Shown: in pieces, positions 1-10,795 of the stretch
How positions within the stretch are numbered: the first letter of the stretch is position 1
Layout of the letters: each line of letters starts with the position of its first letter
Origin: Tetramitus jugosus
Lineage: Eukaryota; Protista; Heterolobosea
Length of the DNA: 64,000 nucleotides
Assembly: GCA_937625935.1 (NCBI GenBank)
Contig: OW569347.1
Span: forward strand, 372,001-436,000
Direction of reading: 5' to 3'
Program-made: the position numbers and the translations under genes
Notes under the pieces: generated by a model
Database searches by the model: none
What the model saw: the letters and a program-made list of their open reading frames with translations, nothing else
What the model was told of the DNA's origin: nothing

Positions 1-1
1 T

Positions 2-666
2 CGAATATCGACAGCATTTAGAACTCTGGGTATCAATAGTCGAGTAGAGGATCACTTAATATTTGCTTGCTTGGGAAAGGTTGAATGGAACGAATATAGG
101 CAACAGAATGAAAAGTAAGTTTGATTCATTTGAATTTCTTCTTTAATATTGTATGGTTAACAAAATTTCAACTCCTCAGTTTCTTTATCTACGTTCATTC
201 GAAGTTAATGATTGTAGATGACGAATTTTTAATTGTCGGTAGTGCAAATCTTAACTCTAGATCTCTTTCTGGTAAACGAGACTCAGAGACATGCATCGGG
301 TGCTCAGAAGCTTACATGAACACAGGAAGAATTCGAAGTTTCCGCCATTGTCTTTGGAGAGAACATTTTGGTAGTTCAAAGAATGAACCTCCATCAAGCG
401 AGATTGAAGATGTTTCGGTTCTGTTTGACCTCGACTTGGATGCGAATGATGATCGTATATTCAAAAAGTTCAGAGAGTTTTGTCGAAGGAATTCCCAGCT
501 CTTCAATTCAAACGTTCCAATGCTCAACAATGGGCGTAGTCACATCATGAGACTTGCGATGGAAGAGGGAGAAGACGGATCTTGTCTTCCAATGGATATC
601 GAAGAATTCAAACTTCCTTTCGAAGGAAGAAGACCGAGGTTGCTGCCAACAACAGTGTTTACGTAA
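2..666 (+). CDS. Phospholipase D, 3' end (5' partial); exons <2-114 and 180-666
   Basis: Second HKD motif IYVHSKLMIVDDEFLIVGSANLNSRSLSGKRDSE, then LWREHFG and a C-terminal LPTTVFT typical of eukaryotic PLDs. Splicing GTAAGT(115)..CAG(179) joins an open upstream frame (…EDHLIFACLGKVE…NENFFIYVHSK), resembling the plant-PLD 'FFCLGNRE' segment. Confidence 0.92.
115..179 (+). other. Spliceosomal intron (65 nt) in PLD
   Basis: GTAAGT donor, T-rich body, CTCAG acceptor; phase 2 restores the reading frame. Confidence 0.85.
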
Positions 667-676
667 ACAGTGTTTA

Positions 677-3600
677 TTAATCGAAGAAGTATTTGGACTT
701 TCTAACTCTTTCGAGTTGTAAGTGACCCCGCTTTGGTATTGGAGGGAACTCCAAGTCTGGATGCAATTCTTGCATTGATGTCAAAAGCGTTTCTAACAGA
801 GGTTGAGAATGTAGATTAATAAATTCATCTCTGATAATATCATTCATATGATCAACATCACCAGCATGAGTCCAGAAGGAATCATGCACTGATGCAAACT
901 CAATCTCATTCTTCTTGCAAGTCTTTGCAGTCATGAACATGTGGCAGGCATCCAAAGAGTGAACATAATTTGGAGGGAAAGCAGACTTTTGTCTCGCACG
1001 ACTCACAGGTAGATCATCATTCGAAGAAATTAAGTTAAAGTTTTGGAGGACAGTCTTGACACTTGTCTTCCTTCCGGACCTATATGGTTGAACAACAGGC
1101 AAACCCAATGGTGTTATCCACACCACAGGTTGGTTCTTGGATGACACAACATGAGCAAGTTCATTCAACCAATCCATAATTGTTCTAGCTGATTGGAAAA
1201 CCTCACCTAATGAATGCAGAGTAACTCTAGCCAAGTAGATAGAGGCTGCTCCAATCTTATCCTCTGGAAGATCCTTCTTTTCCTTCAATCTTCTTTGGAT
1301 TTGCTCTCTGGCACCAACAAAGGTCACACCATAGACACTTGTCATGACAGTTTGCTTAATAGTGCTTCTGTAAACATTTCCTTGAAGCAAAAGAGCCAAC
1401 TCATCGCCCTTTGCTGCATCTTGATCAATGTGCTTCTTGACCACTTCCAGCACACCCAAGTACACATCCATAGGTTTATCAGTCGGTAACAAATTGACGT
1501 GAAGAGCTCCGAGATTATCTCTACCAAGAGCAGCATAATGCTGCAATCCATTGCATGAACCATCCATTTGTATTGGAAGGCCTGACTCATAGGCAGCAGG
1601 ATTTGGGGATCGAAGGCAGTTTGTTAGCTCGATGCAAGCAGCAAGAGTTTGCCATGGATTTTCAGATTGCAACCACCAGCACTCGTCGGTACGCAGGGTG
1701 TGGATTGTGTCGTTGTCAGTTGTGGTACGATTGAAGGTAGTCACGTCATCCATAAAACTGGCATTAACATTCAATCCAGGTAGAGGTTCATCTGCTGATC
1801 TAAAGATATTGTCAATATTGTCATCTACAAACTTAATTCTCTCTGCGAGGGAGTACTTGTCCTTTCCGTACAAGTTAGCCAGATGAATCTTTAGCCAGAA
1901 TATGCCTCTCTCGCCGATTGGTCTCACCTTTGAGAAAAGAAGTAGACCACGATTCACATCAGAACCCAAGTGATTCAAATGAGGCGGAATTGGATATGCC
2001 CTTCCTCTAAAATCAACGTTGTGAGGGAAGTAAAAGGATCTATCCTTGAAGTCTCTTGCTACCTTTAGTTTGTAAAGCATATCACATCTGAGAGAGTGCA
2101 AATCTTGGTTGCCCTGTTTAACGCTACCGAATTGTTTCTTCCATGCTCTAATCTGAGCAATAGATTCCTCAGTGAGGGCATCAGAATTTTCTTGCATAAT
2201 GACTGACGGTTTGTCAGGTAGTGGTTCATCTCTTCTTCTTGGAAGTGCGGCAATACCTGCTCCAGCAGCCCAGACCTTCAAGATCACATCATAAACCTTT
2301 GCGTTGATACTCCATTGTGTGTCATTTAGCACATTGAGACCTTCAAAGATATCTTGCAAAGGTGCATCTTGTAAAACAATGGATTGCATTCGAGATCCAT
2401 TGGTTCTCATGATCGAATTAATCACAGACAAGTATCCACCGTTTTTAGAGCCGACCCAAGGCTTTGGTTGAACAACCATGGGCAACAGCGCTGGTTCAAC
2501 AATTTCTAGTAGGGAGTGCGCTTCGTTCACAATGTCCGTCAATGACTCGTGTATCACAATAACACCATAGCTCTTTCCACTGGTATATTCCAGATCGTGT
2601 TTAAAGGCAGGCTCGAGTTTCACTCGATTGCCCGCACCACTATCCTGTGAATTGTCGTTCGACGAGAATGGATTATTGGTAGAATAATCTGCGAGAATAG
2701 CGTCCAATGCACTCTGCAAATTGTTGCTGGTTGCATTCTCTGTGGATTGCTCCCCATTGTTTTCCAGATTGCTAGAAGTAGAAGCAAACAAATCAGCCAA
2801 AATATCATTTGACAGCGATTCAGTCTTCTTGACAGGCACGGCAGCAACGTTCAGCAAGAGATGCAACAGGAATCCACCGACTTGAATCGTTGTTTCAGTG
2901 CCCCAATTCGAATTCTCATCAGGCAACATAAAATTGGTCATGTGATTCACGCTCTGAATGAATTGAGAGTCTCTGGGTAAGTAGGACAACACGTGCGCAC
3001 ACTTTGCCTTCTTCAGCTTCATAATGTTCACCTGAGCACAGACTGCTCTTCCAACAGAGGCCGCTGCTGTAGACGCAAGCACTCGTCCTGCTTTGAGTGT
3101 GCTGCTCAGAGTCGAATGAATCACAATCACAGCCAACTCCTCGGCAGTCAACAGAGAGATGTATGGACCTACAAAACTCAATTCACCACTCATGACACTG
3201 GAGGATGGATTGAAAAAGGATGACTTTTCATTGTCGCTCATGTCTGATGTAGTTGTTGTAGGTGTGGATGATGATGAATCATGTTGCTTGCTTTGACCCT
3301 TGCTAAACGATAGAAACAGTCTCTGTTTTTGCTTAATCTCCTCCACCAGTGGATCAAACCATTCCATGATGACTCTGCGAGCAGGTGGAAGGGATGCACC
3401 TTGCGCTCTCTGAGTCGCACCACTCACAGTCTTTTGATAACGAAGAGCAGTGTCCTGAACAGACTGTTGTTCCAATCTCAATTGCTCCTGTGTGGCATCT
3501 CCCTTTTGAGAGAAATGAGAGAAGAGATCAGACATGGCTTGATGAAACTCTGAAGTATTGTTATTGTTGTTATTGTTGTTGAATAGTGATGATGAAGAGA

Positions 3601-3934
3601 GTGATGATGATGATGATGATGATAGGTCTTGATAGGCATGATCATTGGTTTCTCCACTATTATTGCTCAATAGAGAATGATGATTGCTGTTGTGATTCGC
3701 ATCATTGAGAAAGGACAAAAAGTCATCAGAGAGTTTGTTGGTGGTGGTGGTGCTAGTTGAAGATGTGTTCTGGTTGTTGTTGGTGCTAGTAGTTGTTGTT
3801 GCCGCATGGTCTGCACCGTCCAAAGATTGGAAAGACCGTTGTTGTTGTTGTTGTTGTGCTGAGAGCTTGGATGCTGTTTTTTTACACAACAATAAATGAT
3901 TGTTTTTTCTGGTGGCCAATCTTCGGTACATCAT
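677..3934 (-). CDS. RPO41: Mitochondrial single-subunit (T3/T7 phage-type) RNA polymerase
   Basis: Motif A QMDGSCNGLQHY, motif B RSTIKQTVMTSVYG, motif C SVHDSFWTH, plus NVDFRGRAYPIPPHLNHLG and AFPPNYVHSLD. The basic, acid-free N-terminus (MMYRRLATRK…) looks like a mitochondrial presequence. Confidence 0.97.
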   Translation of the reverse strand: MMYRRLATRKNNHLLLCKKTASKLSAQQQQQQRSFQSLDGADHAATTTTSTNNNQNTSSTSTTTTNKLSDDFLSFLNDANHNSNHHSLLSNNSGETNDHAYQDLSSSSSSSLSSSSLFNNNNNNNNTSEFHQAMSDLFSHFSQKGDATQEQLRLEQQSVQDTALRYQKTVSGATQRAQGASLPPARRVIMEWFDPLVEEIKQKQRLFLSFSKGQSKQHDSSSSTPTTTTSDMSDNEKSSFFNPSSSVMSGELSFVGPYISLLTAEELAVIVIHSTLSSTLKAGRVLASTAAASVGRAVCAQVNIMKLKKAKCAHVLSYLPRDSQFIQSVNHMTNFMLPDENSNWGTETTIQVGGFLLHLLLNVAAVPVKKTESLSNDILADLFASTSSNLENNGEQSTENATSNNLQSALDAILADYSTNNPFSSNDNSQDSGAGNRVKLEPAFKHDLEYTSGKSYGVIVIHESLTDIVNEAHSLLEIVEPALLPMVVQPKPWVGSKNGGYLSVINSIMRTNGSRMQSIVLQDAPLQDIFEGLNVLNDTQWSINAKVYDVILKVWAAGAGIAALPRRRDEPLPDKPSVIMQENSDALTEESIAQIRAWKKQFGSVKQGNQDLHSLRCDMLYKLKVARDFKDRSFYFPHNVDFRGRAYPIPPHLNHLGSDVNRGLLLFSKVRPIGERGIFWLKIHLANLYGKDKYSLAERIKFVDDNIDNIFRSADEPLPGLNVNASFMDDVTTFNRTTTDNDTIHTLRTDECWWLQSENPWQTLAACIELTNCLRSPNPAAYESGLPIQMDGSCNGLQHYAALGRDNLGALHVNLLPTDKPMDVYLGVLEVVKKHIDQDAAKGDELALLLQGNVYRSTIKQTVMTSVYGVTFVGAREQIQRRLKEKKDLPEDKIGAASIYLARVTLHSLGEVFQSARTIMDWLNELAHVVSSKNQPVVWITPLGLPVVQPYRSGRKTSVKTVLQNFNLISSNDDLPVSRARQKSAFPPNYVHSLDACHMFMTAKTCKKNEIEFASVHDSFWTHAGDVDHMNDIIRDEFINLHSQPLLETLLTSMQELHPDLEFPPIPKRGHLQLERVRKSKYFFD

Positions 3935-4115
3935 TCCAACTGAGTGTGAGAGTGTTCAAATTGTTGTGCTTTTTGTGTGAATTCTTTGATGGTGGAGTGC
4001 GGCACATGTGAAATGTGAGCGGCAAAATAAGTTTTCGCTGCTTCAACGAGTTTGTGATTCAAGAAAAATCCGATGAATATTTTCCGGCGCATCTACGAAT
4101 AATCCAAGGCAGAAG

Positions 4116-4472
4116 ATGTCAGACATTACTACGAATGAACGAGCTGCTCATGAAGAGAGTGGAATAGAAGATGAGCAACTAGGAGCTGAAATTTTTATCT
4201 ATGTAACATATCTAGCTGCCGTAGCAAAAACTGCTGCTGATTGCTCGAGAATTCAACTCATTTTTGATAACCATGGAATTAAGTACACAAAGATTGACTT
4301 GGGATCTCAACCAGAAATGAGAGAAAAGATGATTAAAGGATCTGGCAAGAGGATATTACCTCAAGTGTTTATTGACGACATGTACATTGGTGGAATAGAT
4401 GAGATTGAAGACTGGAACGAGAATGAAATGCTATTGGACGCACTCAAGGAAGCTGGCTATCAAGGAAAGTAA
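4116..4472 (+). CDS. Glutaredoxin-fold protein (SH3BGR/GRXCR-like), lacking CxxC
   Basis: LPQVFIDDMYIGGIDEI cis-Pro/GG glutaredoxin signature; TAADCSRI holds a single Cys. Confidence 0.8.
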   Translation: MSDITTNERAAHEESGIEDEQLGAEIFIYVTYLAAVAKTAADCSRIQLIFDNHGIKYTKIDLGSQPEMREKMIKGSGKRILPQVFIDDMYIGGIDEIEDWNENEMLLDALKEAGYQGK

Positions 4473-4517
4473 AGGACGAACAATAAAAATCTTTGGCGCG
4501 TTTTCCATGAACAAAAA

Positions 4518-6377
4518 ATGAAAGCGGCAACCTTCAATGCGAATGTGAACTACAACTCAAAGCATGTTGATGATAGAAACACAGCCTTCTTTCAGAGGGA
4601 TCTTCTGTTAGACAAAGAAACTGAGAAACTAAAGCAAATCGAGTTGTATAGAAAAAATAAACTGGTCGGTCCTCCTCGTGAAACAATCAGTACAAGATCA
4701 TTCTTTGATGAAGCCAAGATGTCTTCTCTCACTTCGGAATTCGACAAGGAAGGAGCATCTTCTCTCATCGATGAGCGAGGACTATCTTCGACTTCGAACG
4801 ATAGAAATCCTCCCATCAAACTGAATTCTACTCCAGCTGTTTCGAATGTGAAAAATTTATACCACTACTCAAATCTATTGCACAACTTGCAAGAGTACAA
4901 AACCGAACCTTCTGTGAACAGGGATCAATGTTTAGATGAAGATCATGTCGAAGATAACAATTTTCATAATCAGGAGTTATTCCTATTAAACTCTAGAATA
5001 CAAGCATTGCAAGAAATCATTCAAATACAATCATTGGAGATTGAAAAACAATCAAATGGTAAGTCTGTCGATCAATACAAACAAAGCATTCAAGTACTTC
5101 TCTTAACGAAGTGGAGAGAAAAAGTTTTTGAACTATTGGTGCAGTTGAAGAGTTGTGAGATGACAGTAGAGAACGAACGAAAACACCATACTACCATGGA
5201 TAGAGCACTTACTGATCAAATCAATGCTCTAAAGTATGAATTGAGTTTATCAAATCAGAGAGAGAAAGATCTTTCAGCGAACATTAAGTTAATCGAAGCC
5301 AAGAACAGATACCTAGATGTAACTGTAAAGAAAATGAATCATCGAGAACGAGTTCACAGTCAAGATTCAACAAACTTTCAGGAAACATCAAGAAGTGTTC
5401 AGACACAGTTGTCATCATTTTCGAACTCTTTTTTCGACTCGATGTTGAAAGAACTAGGAAAACAACGACAGAAACTAGATTCTTATCAGAGTAGACTATC
5501 TTTCGCTTCTGATAGAATTGAAGTTATTAGTCGATTAATGATTCAAAGAAAAGGTCACAAAACAACAACGAGTATTCCTGAAATACCTCAAAAGGGTCAT
5601 CATGGAAATGCATTGATTGAAGAAAATAGTAATGAACTGATTAGAATGTTGCAAGTAGAAGTTGCTCGCCTCGTTCAAGATCGAGACTACTTGATGAATA
5701 ATAACCAAGTTAATGATCAAAGAATACGAGAAGAAATGACTCAGGTCACAAGGAGGATTGAAGGAGAGCGAGATCAAGCAAACCAACTCATCGAAAAACT
5801 CAAGCAAGACTTGTTTTTGAGCGAAGAAAAACTGAATACAACCACTTCCGAATGTAAACTACTCAACGAATCCCTGTTAAAAGCGCAGTTAACTCTAACG
5901 GAAGAGCTGGATGGGATCCGAATGATGAGACAACAATTTCTGCAACTTCAGAGACAGAATCAACTTGAAAAAGATGAAGCCATCCGACGTGTTGTGATAG
6001 GATCTGATAAAGCGAATACAATCCTGAGAGATGAACTCAGTATCCTAAGGACGGAACTCTCGAAGAAAACTGCTCAACTGAGCCAAATGGAAAGAATGCT
6101 CATAAAAGAGAGGGAGAATGTAGAAAGAGCACTCGAGGAACGGAAGAAGAGATTAACAGAAAAGGATGAAGAGATAAAGTCATTAAGGGAGGAGAAAACA
6201 TCTCTCTTGAGTGCACTGAAAAATAAGAGCACAAGTGAAGAAGCAAAGAGTCCAGAGAAGCAGCCAAAACAAGGACCCGAAAGGGACATTATGATTCAAG
6301 CTCTGGACAATCTAGCAACTCTGACTCACCACTATATGAATAGCAACTCCAGTGGAGATTACTTAGATGATATATAA
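4518..6377 (+). CDS. CCHCR1: Coiled-coil alpha-helical rod protein 1-like (centrosome/basal body)
   Basis: LLTKWREKVFELLVQLK matches the conserved CCHCR1 'LLxRWREKVFALMVQLK' block; RLSFASDRIEVI and EVARLVQDRD blocks follow; extended coiled coil. Confidence 0.75.
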   Translation: MKAATFNANVNYNSKHVDDRNTAFFQRDLLLDKETEKLKQIELYRKNKLVGPPRETISTRSFFDEAKMSSLTSEFDKEGASSLIDERGLSSTSNDRNPPIKLNSTPAVSNVKNLYHYSNLLHNLQEYKTEPSVNRDQCLDEDHVEDNNFHNQELFLLNSRIQALQEIIQIQSLEIEKQSNGKSVDQYKQSIQVLLLTKWREKVFELLVQLKSCEMTVENERKHHTTMDRALTDQINALKYELSLSNQREKDLSANIKLIEAKNRYLDVTVKKMNHRERVHSQDSTNFQETSRSVQTQLSSFSNSFFDSMLKELGKQRQKLDSYQSRLSFASDRIEVISRLMIQRKGHKTTTSIPEIPQKGHHGNALIEENSNELIRMLQVEVARLVQDRDYLMNNNQVNDQRIREEMTQVTRRIEGERDQANQLIEKLKQDLFLSEEKLNTTTSECKLLNESLLKAQLTLTEELDGIRMMRQQFLQLQRQNQLEKDEAIRRVVIGSDKANTILRDELSILRTELSKKTAQLSQMERMLIKERENVERALEERKKRLTEKDEEIKSLREEKTSLLSALKNKSTSEEAKSPEKQPKQGPERDIMIQALDNLATLTHHYMNSNSSGDYLDDI

Positions 6378-6412
6378 TTGTATTTTGGTCAGATTCGACT
6401 TTGTTTTATTAT

Positions 6413-8754
6413 TTATTTCTTTCCAGCAAATGTATTGTCGTATACAATTCTGATATCGACTGGAGTCTTATGAATCATGTTCAATTCACTATGGTGAATC
6501 TGGGCAATCATGGTTTCTAACTCTGCCTCGATCACTCCATACTCTTCCAAGAAGATAGCAACATCATGTTTGTCTCCATCAGCCTGCATATTCAAGAGTT
6601 CCTTCAATAGACTGTGAATGCCAGTTTCCATGATTGAGAAATTCGCAAACACGTTATGAACTTCTTCCTCTTCTTCATTTGTGTGTGTTTCTACAGTAAT
6701 TGCATTTCTCGTGTTCAAATAGTTAAAGATGACAATAGCTGCCCGAGCGTGAGAATCCTCAAACTTGATTGATCTAAAGATGCTTGTCATGTATGTCACC
6801 AGAATAGATCTCTTGAACATTTCATTGTTGGTGAGGCCCAACTTTGTTTGGAGTGCCTTTGCCTCCTTTGACATGGTCATGTTCAACTCCAATAAATTAT
6901 TGTTAAGAATGTTACAGAGCAACCACAATCCACCAACATCAGCCTTTGCCTCCTCAATGACAGAATAGTGCTCCTGGAGTGCAACTCGAACAGGTACATG
7001 ATTTGTCTTATTTTCACTGTAAATGAAACGAGGACCCATACCGTGCATCAACTCATGAGCCATCACATGCATAAAGAAGGACTCAAAGTCAACATATGGT
7101 GACTGAAGAGAGCTCAACACTTGTGACTTTAGAGGAACAAGAGTCTTCTCGTACTTGGCTTCTTGAATATTGCGCAACAAAACTCTCTTTGATCCATGCT
7201 TGTCAACAACGTGAGCATTGTTTGGCAAGTTGTAGGCAGCAGTTTGAACACCTCTGCGAGCCTCACCACCGTTCATAATTTGATCCACGACACGAATCAC
7301 CTTGGCAGTAGAGTTATCAGAGGACAACAATTCAGTGTAGGCACTATCGATTGGCAATGCAGTAGAGAGAGATGGCAACAGTTTGACAATGCGTTGCAAC
7401 TTGGCAGACTCTGTTGCGTTGCGAATACCGACAAACATCTCAAAAGCTGCCTTGTAGCCAAACAACTCATCATCATACGTCTCATATGGACCCAGAGTCA
7501 CCTCCAACAGACTATTGTCATCACTGACGTTGAGCCATGCGACATCGGATGCATCGTAATCGTTACTATGGAACGCTTCTGCTCTCAACTTCAAGAATTG
7601 AATCAAACTGGCAAATTCCTCCTCTGGCAACAATGGAATCAACTCTTCAGTCAATTGCTTCAATTTGACAATGTGTTCTTCGAATGCTTCACTGTATGGC
7701 ACAGCCATCAACTCTCCAGTCGTCTCATTTCGTCTAATCACATGATAGAATCCAGTGGCTGCCTTGTACACTTCTTCGTTTGACGCCTTCACTTTGAGAG
7801 AATTGACCCATTGCTCAAATTCACTCCTCTGCATGTCCAATGGATAAAAATTGGCACCGAGTGGTCTGCTAGAGTCCTTTGCGACAAGTGAATCACCACT
7901 AAATGATCTCAAACTGGGCACAATCTCACTCAAATAATAGGAATTGTTGTTGAGTGCATCCCATGGGCACATGTTCAACTCAAAATACTCCAAAATGGCA
8001 CCCTTGCACTTGCTCTTGATGGAAGAGGAAGACAAGTGCTGAGCCAACTTTTCATTGTGTTTCCACAATTGAGCAATGTAGAGCTCATTGACCACTTGTG
8101 AAATTTCGTACAATTTTGGTAGAGCAAACTCTTCGAGTGACTCAATCATGGATAGAGTGACACTGGATGACGATGGTGACTTTTTAATGTTGGACAATAG
8201 AGTAGATGCCTTGATGGCACTGTACTGGTCAAGTCCATTCTCATACGGTGCACACTTTGTTTCACCAGACAACAAACTGATTGAAATGATGAGCAGAATG
8301 GCCATCAATATGAGAATAACGACTGAGACAATCAATGATTTCAAATGACTTGCCCACTGAGAAAGAACATTTGTGTGAGTAGAGAGTGTGTTCACACAGC
8401 CAAAAAAAACACACACATGAACAATTGATGATGAATAATAGACACACACTACACACACACACACACACACATGTGAAATACAACAATAGTAGTTACCTTG
8501 AAAATATTTCTGTGTTTTTGCTGAGAGAGAGAAAGGGACAAAGGATTGTCTTCATCCAATTGATTCTCTAATTTGTGCTGTTCTTCATAGACACTGGCCA
8601 TAGTCCTATTGTCATTGTCATTCATATAATGATGATTGTTGTTTTTATTGTTGTTGAGATAGCCCTGTCCCTTGCGTGTATTGTATTGATGGTCAGCCTC
8701 AGTGATGGCTTCTTCATCCAACTCATGGTCATTGTCATGACGTGGGTCAAACAT
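6413..8754 (-). CDS. Type II membrane dipeptidyl-peptidase III (M49, HEXXH type as in plant NUDT3/bacterial DPP III); exons 8754-8497 and 8356-6413, ~733 aa
   Basis: GANFYP, LGPYETYDD, AYNLPN, GSKRVLLRN, HELMHGMGP and EEAKAD. The spliced N-terminus MFDPRH…RNIFK|WASHLK is followed by the hydrophobic helix LIVSVVILILMAILLIISISLL. Confidence 0.88.
8357..8496 (-). other. Intron (140 nt) containing a (TG)n microsatellite
   Basis: AAG|GTAACT donor, TTCTCAG acceptor, phase 0. It removes the spurious MCVCVCV start of the ORF track. Confidence 0.82.
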
Positions 8755-9079
8755 GTTTGGTGTTGTTGTTGCTTTTTGTTGTTGCTTTTTGATTTCAGAG
8801 AAAGAAAAAATTCGCGATTTTTTACCTTGCAAGATACGCAACAACAGCTGCTGTCTCAGAGTGTTTTGCGATGCGACACATTCATCGCCCGTCTGTGTGT
8901 GAACAAGATTTGCTCACAAATGGCGCCGTTTTTACAACGGTGAGTATCTTGTCAATTTCCCGTCAAATTTTCGGACATTCTGATTATCCCGATTGCGTCA
9001 TCCATAATTCTCTGTTTTTTGTTTCAAAAACATCATCATTCTGAACGAAACACACACACATGATAAATCGATATGGATC

Positions 9080-9373
9080 ATGAATCTAAGCAACAACAAC
9101 AATTCTAATCCCATACCCCCATCACTTCAAACATGTTCACATGACAAGGGCAACATTATTGCTCTGTTCAACTATGTCAACATTCCATTGATTCCACTGT
9201 TTCTCTACGGTTCACTCTCTCTTCTCTTGTTTCGCTACTATCATAAGAAATTGGGTGTCATGTGCATGTTGGGTGCCCTGTGTCTTCTGATCTCAGAATT
9301 GTCCGACTCTCTCGACAGTTCACTTGACATTTTCTTTTATAACAAGTTGTTGTCTGGAATCACATCAAATAAC

Positions 9374-9407
<34 letters not shown>

Positions 9408-10702
9408 AACAACAACAAGAACAAAAAAATTACGTGATTGGATATGTCGTGTACAGTGTATTTTTTGATGTTGTCAAGTATCCAATCATGGCTCTGGGTT
9501 ATCTATTGTTGTTCTTTGGATTGTACTATTCCATTTATTTTCACATGATTGCAAACAATACTGATACGAGTAGTAGTAGTAATAGTAGTAGTAATAGTAG
9601 TAATAGTACCAGTGGTAATAATAGTAAGAATCGTATTGTTGTTGATGATGATGACGATGATGATGACAATGAATACAAGAGTAACAACAAGTATAATAAT
9701 ATTAATAATAATAGCAATAGCAATAGCAATAGCTTTAGCTCAATGCACAAGAGATACTATGATGAGTTGGGATTAAAAACTAAAAATATACAACGAGTGA
9801 TTTGGAAGAGAAGAATCAGTGTCATTCTAATACCATTGGCATGCTTGTTGTTGATTGCATTGATGAGTGGTGGTGTTGGATTGGTGATTGATTTCTTGTT
9901 GTTGTACCCTAGGTATGCAAGGCAACAACAACAACAACAATCACAACAGAATTCATCACCCGTGTCATCCTCTTCAATGTCATCTTTTGAAATTGTTTCA
10001 ACAACGATAAGAGACACTCTGGGGCGTCATTCATTCCAATTGAAGATGGACAAGGGTGTCCATGATTATTTGCATGATGCGAGTAGTAGTAGTAGTCGTC
10101 ATCATGATGCATCGAGTCTCGCATTGAATCTCAATTCGAATAGCAATACAAACAAAATCATCAATGGAACATACAGTGGCAACTCTGGTATCATTACACT
10201 GAGACCTGAAATGTGGAAATTGTTTCTCTTGTTGTCTGTAAGTTCATTTCAGATTGCAATCTGCCTGGCTCTCATATGGCTGTGTAGGCACTATCTACTG
10301 TCGACTCACACTCGGTTGGGAGCTGCCGTGTTGTACACACTGTGTATGATATTTCAGGTATCGAGCACAATCTTGTACGGATTGGAGGATTTTACTGCGT
10401 ATCATAATGGTGTTTGGTGCATGGCGTTTCGATACTTTAGGATTGTGTGCAATTTTCTCTCGTTTGTCTTCTTTGCTGTTCCAACAGTGTTTGTCTTCAT
10501 TGGGGTTCGGCGTCACAATAGAAATGTAGAGTCGTACAAGCATTTGACAGAGCGGTTTTTGGATCATGTGGCAATGCAACCGAGAAATCGTGATGCAAGA
10601 CGTTTTTCTTCATCTACCATTGGTGGGTTCACATATGACATTGACAACGAGTATATGAATACTGTGGCACCTCGGATGAGAATGTTGGACGATTATGATT
10701 AA
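9080..10702 (+). CDS. Orphan multi-pass (probably 7-TM) membrane protein
   Basis: Seven hydrophobic segments separated by low-complexity loops; alternate loops are basic. Confidence 0.75.
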
Positions 10703-10795
10703 ATGTCACAAAAGTGTCAACAACAAACAGTTGGCACACGGTTTTACCTCCATTGTTGACGACGATTAAATGTCACAAAAGTGACAACCAAACAC
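10684..10795. repeat. Imperfect ~67-bp-period tandem duplication spanning the 7-TM stop codon
   Basis: GATTAAATGTCACAAAAGTG occurs at 10697 and 10764, with similar flanks (tgttg(g)acga… and …caa(c)caaaca). Confidence 0.85.

Noticed and set aside
677-3934. T7-like polymerase as evidence of a phage or plasmid insertion
   Set aside because: It has a presequence, host-type poly-Q/N tracts and ordinary neighbours; it is the standard nuclear-encoded mitochondrial enzyme.
8357-8470. Cys-rich MCVCVCV N-terminus of the 685-aa ORF
   Set aside because: It is translated (TG)n intron sequence; the real start is at 8754.
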